The translations under genes and the position numbers were made by a program. This document shows positions 1 through 6,972 of a stretch of DNA of 6,972 bases, in pieces; positions within the stretch are counted from its first letter, which is position 1, and the number at the start of each line of letters is the position of its first letter. A model generated the notes under the pieces. It ran no database searches. It saw only the letters and a list, made by a program, of their open reading frames with translations, and was not told the DNA's origin. The DNA is from Octopus sinensis (lineage: Eukaryota), in contig NW_021828949.1 in the NCBI RefSeq assembly GCF_006345805.1, positions 1-6,972 on the forward strand, read 5' to 3'.

Positions 1-154
1 ACTTAACGGAGCCAATTAAATTATCAAGGACAACATAGAATTTCGCCTACAGAAGTTTTGCCATATTTTCCTAATGAAGACAAAAGGCGTATGTAGAGAT
101 CGGGGATGAAAGAGAGGGAAAGAGGGGGAGAGAAGGAAAGAGACAGAAAGGTGC

Positions 155-530
155 ACGTGTGTGCGTATGTATATATGTATATGTGTATACATATATATGC
201 CAGTTTTTTTATAACTATATACCTGTGTGTATATATATATATATTTATGGATATATATATACAATATATGGATATATATTTACAATAATTTAAATCTATT
301 TATACATACATAAAAGTGTACGTATACATACATACATATATATGTAAGTCTATATTTTTGTGTATACATACACATATACATACACATCTGTGTATAAATA
401 TATACACGTAATATCACTTTCTCATCCCTCTTATATATGTGTGTACGGGTTGTGTGCACGTGAGTATATTTAGGGATGCACACATATCGTAAGAGTGTGA
501 GAGACAGACATATACACACATTATCAGCCA
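155..530. repeat. Degenerate mixed (TA)/(CA)/(TG) microsatellite field
   Basis: Near-continuous alternating purine-pyrimidine runs (tatatgtatatgtgtatac..., catatacatacacatc...) read directly. Confidence 0.9.
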
Positions 531-569
531 CTCAGACAAATACGACAAAGTAGCACATATGCTCATACA

Positions 570-789
570 GAAAGAATGAGAGAGAAAGAAAGAGGGAGAG
601 AGAGAGAATGAAAGAAAGAAAGAGTGAGAGAAAGACAGAGAGAGGTAGGATGAAAGAGAAAATACGAGAGAAATGAAGAAGGAAGGGGATATTTTTTTTT
701 AATGGTAAGCAGCAGGAGAATACAAACGAAAGAGTGAAAAATCTGAAAGCGGCGACGGAGAGGGAAAGAGAAGAAAAGAAATGAGGGAA

Positions 790-830
<41 letters not shown>

Positions 831-900
831 AAGAAAGAGAGAGAAAGAAAGAGAGAGACAGAGACACAGAGCGAGACACGACGAAACAGAATGACGGAGA
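570..900. repeat. GA-rich polypurine tract with perfect (GA)14 core at 793-820
   Basis: gagagaga/gaaagaaa runs; the + strand is almost entirely purine. Confidence 0.95.
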
Positions 901-1173
901 AAAGACAGGTAAAGTGTGTATGAGCGCATGCGCCTAGATTATTGATTAAAACAGACGACAGCTATCTCACCTCCTGGGTAGAAGCCATTAAAATCAGTTC
1001 CCGTTTCCCTAATATTCAAACCAAAGTCTTAGCAGCTAGGCCGCTTATGTGCATCTAATAATTCTTCAAACTCATTTTTTTCTTCGTTTCTCCTCGTTTT
1101 TCCTTTCTTACTTTTTAGGATTTTATTTCTATTTTTCTTCAAACTTTAATAATATCTGCTTTGTACAATCACT

Positions 1174-1272
1174 CTTCTTCTTCTTCTTCTTCTTCTTCTT
1201 CTTCTTCTTCTTCTTCTTCTTCTTCTTCTTCTTCTTCTTCTTCTTCTTCTTCTTCTTCTTCTTCTTCTTCTT
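1174..1272. repeat. Perfect (CTT)33 trinucleotide microsatellite
   Basis: 99 nt of uninterrupted CTT counted from the sequence, followed by a degenerate CT-rich tract to about 1450. Confidence 0.98.
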
Positions 1273-1480
1273 CTCCTTCTTCATTGTTTTTTGTTGTTTC
1301 AATGCTTTCCTACTTTTTTCATCTTTTTCGTTGGTGTCTTTTTTTTTACTTTCTTCTTTGCTCTTATTTTTCTTCTCTTTTCTTCCTTTTCTTCTTCACC
1401 GTCTTCTTCCTTCTTTTTTCCTCTTGTCCTTATTCATCTATCTTTGTCTCATTCTTGGTGTTGTGGTTCCTCTTCTACAA

Positions 1481-1489
1481 CATCGTCAT

Positions 1490-1530
<41 letters not shown>

Positions 1531-1640
1531 TTATCATTGTCGTCATCATCGTCGTCATCATCACCGGCAGTAACAGCTGCATCGCATCGTCACCATCACA
1601 TCGTCGTCGTCATCATCATCATCATCATCATCATCAACAT
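1481..1640. repeat. Compound trinucleotide repeat: (CAT)7(CAG)7, degenerate CGT/CAT units, (CAT)8
   Basis: (CAT)7 at 1487-1507, (CAG)7 at 1508-1528, (CAT)8 at 1611-1634. Confidence 0.95.
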
Positions 1641-1700
1641 CATTATTATCATAATGTGCAACGGCACCATCAGCAAAATCTCTTCTTCTTTTTCTTCTTC

Positions 1701-1731
1701 TACAACAACCACTACAACTACTACTACTACA

Positions 1732-1775
<44 letters not shown>

Positions 1776-1797
1776 AACTACTACTACTACTACTACT
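1701..1797. repeat. Imperfect (TAC)n microsatellite with CAA interruptions
   Basis: tacaacaaccactacaactactac...tactac, about 30 units. Confidence 0.95.
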
Positions 1798-1944
1798 TCT
1801 TCTTCTTCTTTTTCTTCTTTTTTTCCTTCTTCGTCTTCTTTTTCTTCATTTTTTGGTTTTATTCTTTCCTTCATTTTTATGTAACTTTCTTAGGATCTCA
1901 CTTTCTTTTGTATAGCTGTTGTTTCTGCGTTCATATGCCCTCAC

Positions 1945-1997
<53 letters not shown>

Positions 1998-2053
1998 TGT
2001 TGTTGTTTTTGTTGTTGTTGTTGTGTTGTTGCTGCGGTTGCTGCTGCTGCTGC
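1945..2053. repeat. (GTA)17 followed by imperfect (GTT)n and (CTG)4
   Basis: Perfect GTA at 1945-1995, GTT-rich at 1996-2030, CTG at 2041-2052. Confidence 0.95.
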
Positions 2054-2134
2054 CGTTCCTGTTGTTGTTCTCGTTGATTTCGTTGTTGGTGAAATCATTA
2101 CAGCTCCCATTTTATGCTCTCATCATGATTCTGT

Positions 2135-2180
2135 TCTCTCTCTCTCTCTCTTTCTCACTCTTTCTCGTTTCCCTTCTCTC
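2135..2180. repeat. (TC)8 plus degenerate CT tract
   Basis: tctctctctctctctc at 2135-2150, then ctcactctttctc. Confidence 0.9.
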
Positions 2181-2499
2181 CCCCCTTCTGTGGCCTGTGT
2201 GTGTTTGCTTTTATTTTTTCTATTGTTTTTGGTGTTTTAGATGTTGTTAATGTCATTTTTTTTTTACTTTTCTTGCTTATTTTATTGTTATTGTTGTTAG
2301 ACAGCAGAGGTGGTGGGTGGAAATACTAACGCTGAATATAAATAATTCTTTTTTTAATTATATTTTCTTTTACATTATTACAGTTAGTGAATATTTTATA
2401 AAGACAAATATTTTCCGACGAAAAGATCATAATAATTACATCTACTCACCCGCCAAACACAAAACGCAACAAACACGTATGCGCATGATCACATAATTA

Positions 2500-2784
2500 T
2501 ACATACATACATACACACACATTAAAGATACACACGTGAACACAGATATTCAAACACATAAAGTGAAAAGGCGCCATTTTGCAAACATTTATACCCATGA
2601 GTTGAGAAACTTGCACAAATGCATAAATAAATGCATTTCGGCATACATGCGCATCCATATGTACACATTTGTAATCATGTGCACAACAAGTACGAGTATA
2701 CCCACATGCACACATGCATGCACATATATACATACATATACTTATATATATACATATACATATATAAACATATATATATGCATA

Positions 2785-2816
<32 letters not shown>

Positions 2817-3130
2817 AGATATATATATATATACATACATATATATATATATATATAGAGTGTGTTGTGTGTGTGTGCGTAAATATTTTCGTACACCCGC
2901 ACTACACCCCTGTACTCAAGACATTCATACACACACAGAATCATGGACACATACACACATATATGTGAATATAATTAGGCAGATTACACATGTATTATAT
3001 GTATATATGTGTGTGTATGTGTGCATATGTATGCATATATCTGTGTGTGTATGTGTGTGTATGTGCATGTGCACCTGTTTTTATATAAATGCGTACACAT
3101 CCAGAAGCAAATATATGTAAATATGTACAT
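2500..3130. repeat. Mixed CA/TA/TG microsatellite field including (AT)13 at 2785-2810
   Basis: Read directly; only short complex interruptions. Confidence 0.88.
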
Positions 3131-3296
3131 ACCTAAAACTACTATATAAATCTCCAAAGTTTTCGATAATAAGGAACCTTGATGCTTGAAAAACCCATTA
3201 AAACAATGGCATCAGTGACTAGGTACTCCAAAGATTGGTGAATTCTCAATGTAATTCCATATCAAACTAACTATAACAGAGACGGTACTGTTTCAA

Positions 3297-3690
3297 TCTA
3301 TATATATAAAGCTGAAGTTGTCTGTGTGTGTGTGGCAGGTTTGGTAGTCTTCAACTAACACTATCTCCTCCGAGACCCTGCGGCGCAAGTTGACCAAAAT
3401 TAAGAGTATGATAGAAGAAGTCTTGCTCTTCCTTCCGTAGAAGAAAAAATTCAAATCCGACCATGTTGTGAATAAAACTTATTTACATCAAAATTGTGTG
3501 TTTTACCTATGAAAATCCCTATTTTTCCCGATTTTTTTACTGCTGTGTCGCCATTTTTCGGTGTATTTCAACCAGAAAAATATTCACTTAAAGGGAATAA
3601 CAAGCTACATAATGCAAAACTTTTACTTTTCAAAAATTCCAATTCTAAAGGGTCGAAACAAATCCAAGCAACGCCGGGCTATACTGCTAG
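3297..3690 (+). mobile_element. Non-autonomous Helitron-like (rolling-circle) element, ~394 bp
   Basis: Starts TCTATATATATAAAG, then a short GTCT/GT microsatellite; ends GCAACGCCGGGCTATACTGCTAG. Flanked by A (3296) and T (3691), i.e. an A|T target with no TSD. This matches the established Helitron hallmarks (5' TC, 3' CTRR, A/T insertion) and the architecture of Lep1-type non-autonomous Helitrons as I recall it. The subterminal hairpin is degenerate (TCCAA-gcaacg-CCGGG). Confidence 0.8.
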
Positions 3691-3780
3691 TTACTGATAA
3701 AACCATTTTGTTCGTGAAATATGTTCGAGCAAAGTATTATTACAGAGGTTCACAAGCTCATACATATGCATGGTTACAAA

Positions 3781-4189
3781 CTTTGATAAGTTTCGGCCTG
3801 TATTTGCCTAGGCCATGTCTAACTTAATAGCACCACCTGGCAAAGTCATTCAAATCAGGAATCGGACAACATGGCCCACTCGAGTAGAGAGTTATTGTTT
3901 ACGCAGAGATATCCAGGTGGGGGAGGTTATCCGGGATTTCTTGAAGGAATTTGTCGAAAGACTTCTTGAACATTATGAGGTCTGTTTGTGCTTTAATGTG
4001 TCTTGCTGTAATGTTAAAGAGAGCTGGGTCAATTGAGGTGAAATAATTGTGCCGTATTGTAGCTATCTAATGCGAGTATGATTTATGTTGTGGATGGATA
4101 GCACGGGGCCCAAGTCTTGGGTGTATCTTAAAGGTGATGCCAACATCATTTGGGCAATACTGATGGAATATTTTCCACATCATGCAGAT
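3781..4189 (-). mobile_element. 5'-truncated LINE (CR1/L2-group non-LTR retrotransposon): ORF2 C-terminus plus 3' UTR
   Basis: Manual minus-strand translation gives WKI..PN..GI....HPRLG, RHNYF...PALFNI, FKKSFDKFLQEIPD and PGY...NSLLEW. These match the C-terminal motifs I recall for invertebrate CR1-like ORF2 (WKI..PN.GI, GPRLFN.LP, FK..LD.FL..IPD.P..PGY..NSL). The 3' UTR reads ccaggtggtgct...catggcc...gaaacttatcaaag. The clade assignment is from memory. Confidence 0.85.
3855..4189 (-). pseudogene. Disrupted LINE ORF2 C-terminal fragment
   Basis: ICMMWKIFHQYCPNDVGITFKIHPRLGPRAIHPQHKSYSH*IATIRHNYFTSIDPALFNITARHIKAQTDLIMFKKSFDKFLQEIPD/PPPPGYLCVNNNSLLEWAMLSDS*. One in-frame TAG (4069-4067), one inferred 1-nt deletion near 3927, terminal TGA at 3857-3855. 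Confidence 0.8.
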
Positions 4190-4248
4190 ACAAATTAGAA
4201 AATGTGCAAGCCCACGCGTTCATAACTAGATATATATGGATGTACATA

Positions 4249-4340
4249 GGAAAGATCGCTACCACGTCTGACAAAATGCTTAGCAGTTTTACTTCCGGCA
4301 TTTTACTATCTGAGTTCAAATTCCGCCGTAGTCGATTTTA
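4249..4340 (+). mobile_element. tRNA-derived SINE 5' fragment (called family A here), 3'-truncated
   Basis: aaatgcttagc...ctgagttcaaattccgccgtagtcgattt contains a Pol III B-box-like GAGTTCAAATTCC (4312-4324). It resembles the head of an abundant octopus SINE as I recall it (…aaatgcttagcgg…tctgagttcaaattccgccgaggtcgacttt). Confidence 0.7.
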
Positions 4341-4717
4341 GACGCGAACCTCGCTGTGAACTAAGGTGTTTCCTTCCAAACACACGGCTCCGGATTCAGT
4401 CCTATTGCTTGACACCCTATGCTAGGGTATTCTGCTATCGTCCGAGACCAATCACAGCCTTGTGAATGAATTTGGTAGATGTAATATATATAGATATATA
4501 TTCATATATGGGCCGTTTTGTTTATCGTTGTCACCCCGCACTGATTGACAAGTGATGTTGGTGCGTCTCAGTACCAGTAAATTACCGGTTCGGCAAAAAG
4601 AACCATAGAATGGCTACCGGGCTTTGGTTAAATAAGTTTTGGGGTGGATTTGCTCAACTAACATTCTTCAAGACTATGCCCCCAGCTTGGCCGCAGTCAA
4701 AGAAATGAAACCAGTAA
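4341..4717 (+). mobile_element. Near full-length diverged tRNA-derived SINE (family B) with internal microsatellite
   Basis: Head with B-box-like GGATTCAGTCC (4392-4402), gccttgtgaatgaatttggtaga, internal TA-rich spacer (4482-4510), then cggttcggcaaaa...gatagaa-like, ggggtggatttgctcaactaa and tggccgcagtcaaa...gaaaccagtaa. The order matches an octopus SINE consensus as I recall it. The head is homologous to 4805-4957 within this window. Confidence 0.8.
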
Positions 4718-4804
4718 TATATATAATATACATATATATATACGTAGATATATATTTACATACGCGTACAGGCATGCGCATATTTATATATACATACATA
4801 TATG
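4718..4804. repeat. TA/CA microsatellite between the two family B SINE copies
   Basis: Read directly; it sits where the internal microsatellite of the minus-strand SINE copy is expected. Confidence 0.85.
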
Positions 4805-4957
4805 CGATGGACTTCCACACAGTTTCCGTCTGCCAACTTCATTGACATGAGATTGGCTTCCCGCGGCTAATGCAGAACACATGTATCCAAGCAGCCGCGC
4901 ACTGGGATTGAACGTTGAACCACGAGGTTGCAAAACGAACAGCGTAATTCCACTGCG
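4805..4957 (-). mobile_element. tRNA-derived SINE 5' half (family B-related), inverted relative to 4341-4717
   Basis: Minus strand reads ...gtggttcaacGTTCAATCCCagtgcgc...aatgaagttggcagacggaaactgtgtggaagtcc with a B box at 4913-4904. It has a 17/21 match to 4461-4481 and an 11/14 match to 4395-4408. Confidence 0.8.
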
Positions 4958-5480
4958 TGAACACACAGACACACATGTATACATACGCATATATGTATAT
5001 AGAAATACCCGTTGATCGTTCATCCACACAACCTTCTATATGTACATAATACATACATACATATATATATACATACATTCAAACATACATACATATATGC
5101 ACATATACATACATACACGTGTATGTATGTAAGAAGCGATTCCAATAAACCTCACCTCTCATAAAATCACAAAATTTTTTCCTTTAGAAAGAATTATTTC
5201 CAATAATTCTCATAATTTTCCTAGAAGAATAAATGATTACCATTAACATTTTGGCTGTTTTAAATTTTCTATTTTATTTTTGCATTTAATTTTTCTCTCA
5301 TCGAAAAAATGAAATTTTATAATGGAATATAACGTAGCGACAGGGCTATCATTATGATATCTTTTTTTCTTTTATTTATTATATATTTATTCCATTTATT
5401 AATGTTTTATTTATTTATGTATTTTAATTTAAACTACCTTATTTTCATATATCGATATATTTCACAATATATTATCTCAC

Positions 5481-5529
5481 TTAAAGCTATTCTGTCGTGA
5501 AAATCTCGAAGCCTGTCTAGATCCGCCAT
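5481..5529 (-). CDS. Candidate first coding exon of an unidentified gene (MADLDRLRDFHDRIAL, then phase-1 intron)
   Basis: aaacaagATGG start context, 16 open codons, then A|GTGAGA donor at 5480. GC is 21/49 inside versus about 17/120 in the following 120 nt. No compatible downstream exon was found and the peptide is not recognised. Confidence 0.3.
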
Positions 5530-5533
5530 CTTG
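5523..5533 (-). promoter_or_regulatory. YY1/Pho-type motif CAAGATGGCGG overlapping the candidate ATG
   Basis: Exact match to the established YY1 core (AAGATGGCGG), which often overlaps start codons of housekeeping genes. Binding cannot be shown from sequence alone. Confidence 0.35.
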
Positions 5534-5624
5534 TTTTCTTTTCAGTTTTCTATTCTTTCTGTTTTAACGTTTTTCTTTGTCATTTTCTTCCTTTCATTCT
5601 TTCTCTCCATTTATGTGCCTGCAT

Positions 5625-5742
<118 letters not shown>

Positions 5743-6358
5743 GGAAGAATTTTTGTGGATAATTTCTGTTGATTTTCGTATTTTCTTTTCATCCGGTCTT
5801 GCATTTCTCTCGCACACTTTCTCTAATAACACAGAGATTTACAATTTATTCAACATTGTAAAAGAAGCAGCAATTGGTTTCAGGCTTCAGTTAATAATAC
5901 GAGTTTTAAAAGAAAATAATAATAAAGATGATATATAACAACAGTGTATTGAAAATATATTCCTGTTGAGCTTTATTTCATTTAGAAGATTTCTCCCCGA
6001 TATCAAAAGATACAAAAGCTCACATATGCATGTGTGTGTATGTGTGTGTGTGAGTTTGTTTGCCAAAAAAACTCGATGGAAAAATTAAGCGAAAATCACA
6101 TAACATATTACGTCTAAAATTAAACAAGTAAATATTTCTTTTTTTTTTTTTAAATTATCAGGACGCCTCTCCGACATAAAGAAACATTTTTAAAAAGCTG
6201 TAAATGATCTATTGAACTTAATTTTTCATTCCCACTGCAATAACTATGTGATATTTGCACGATACGAGAATTTAAAAGAAAAATAAATATTTTATCATGC
6301 AACGGTTTTGTTTCATAATACTCGCTGGGACGACGGACGCTTCTTTTGCATTGGTTTC

Positions 6359-6374
6359 TGTGTGTTGTGTGTGT

Positions 6375-6406
<32 letters not shown>

Positions 6407-6412
6407 GTGTGT
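6359..6412. repeat. Interrupted (TG)n microsatellite
   Basis: Read directly. Confidence 0.95.
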
Positions 6413-6609
6413 AAGGGCGTGTGTGCAGGTATGTTGTGATATGTGTTCTTTTTGCATATTTGTATGTGTGTGTGTGAGTGCGTATGTTTCTGTTTTTCTC
6501 CCAATGAAGTTTGTTTCTTAAGTGAAGAATATTATTTTCAACTTGACGATCCAATAAGAACATGGAAGATGATAATGATTTTATCAATACAGTGGAATTG
6601 GAGAAGCAT

Positions 6610-6684
6610 ACATCTATATACATATGTACATATATAACATGCATATGTATATATATATATATATATATATGCATGCATGTATGA

Positions 6685-6751
<67 letters not shown>

Positions 6752-6960
6752 TATTATATACACATACACATAATATTACAATTATATATATATATATAAA
6801 CACATATATATTTTGGACATCTATACACGCATTGAAAACACATACAAACGCATGCACACATAAATATACATACATACATTCAATTATACATATATATGCA
6901 TATATATATATATAATATATATATATATACATACACACACACATACATGCATACACATAC
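6610..6960. repeat. TA/CA microsatellite field including perfect (TA)25 at 6695-6744
   Basis: Read directly. Confidence 0.93.
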
Positions 6961-6972
6961 TAACAGACATAT

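Noticed and set aside
924-933. GCGCATGCGC palindrome (NRF1/Ewg core)
   Set aside because: Flanks do not fit the consensus, it adjoins a degenerate TG repeat, similar gcgcat words recur in the SSR fields, and there is no promoter context.
971-1008. 38-nt minus-strand mini-exon (ETGTDFNGFYPG) with GAG|GTGAGA donor
   Set aside because: Poor polypyrimidine tract, needs incoming phase 2 (incompatible with the phase-1 candidate first exon), and GTGAG words occur many times in the window.
1049-2250. Long ORFs (174, 359, 197 aa and others) with poly-F/S/H/Q/T/Y/V runs
   Set aside because: All three + frames are open only because the trinucleotide SSRs lack stops; no domain-like sequence. The H7Q7 run is a by-product of (CAT)7(CAG)7.
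2444-2454. Perfect minus-strand donor GG|GTGAGT
   Set aside because: Upstream sequence is TG microsatellite with no plausible acceptor or coding exon.
2384-2476. 93-nt + strand symmetric exon candidate (SEYFIKTNIFRRKDHNNYIYSPAKHKTQQT)
   Set aside because: Good acceptor but weak donor (AC|GTATGC); AT-rich, unrecognisable peptide ending in repeat-like sequence.
3815-4036. 73-aa + strand ORF as a genuine host gene exon (superficially a ubiquitin/RA-like pattern)
   Set aside because: The opposite strand carries clear LINE ORF2 motifs across and beyond it, so it is best explained as an antisense ORF. Kept only as an exonisation candidate.
4290-4420. tRNA genes suggested by the B-box motifs
   Set aside because: No cloverleaf can be drawn; the motifs are decayed SINE heads.
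5753-5938. 61-aa + strand ORF / possible terminal exon (EIYNLFNIVKEAAIGFRLQL...)
   Set aside because: No recognisable homology, starts at a non-ATG codon, and the branch-like site is too close to the AG.
6162-6210. Strong acceptor (T-run...atcAG|G) followed by TPLRHKETFLKSCK*
   Set aside because: Short, weak donor and no supporting exons; T-runs are common here.
6150-6956. 268-aa minus-strand ORF, including LLDRQVENNILHLRNKLHWEK
   Set aside because: Mostly YI/HT repeats from TA/CA microsatellites; the complex stretch has no credible splice sites or recognisable family.

Overview
AT-rich, microsatellite-saturated eukaryotic non-coding DNA. It is most likely octopus (coleoid cephalopod), judged from my recollection of the SINE and LINE consensus sequences, not from a search. 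No complete gene is present, and nearly all supplied ORFs are artefacts of stop-free simple repeats. The one complex-sequence block (about 3300-4960) is a cluster of decayed mobile elements: a ~394-bp non-autonomous Helitron-like element (A|TC...CTAG|T), a 5'-truncated CR1/L2-group LINE 3' end on the minus strand with a readable, disrupted ORF2 C-terminus, and three tRNA-derived SINE pieces, two of them related and inverted. A weak candidate first coding exon (MADLDRLRDFHDRIAL, with a YY1 motif over the ATG) lies on the minus strand at 5481-5529. The best leads are the Helitron, an apparent LINE/SINE shared tail, an exon-like cassette antisense in the LINE, and several fold-back structures built from repeats. 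I see no convincing evidence of a wholly new biological system.
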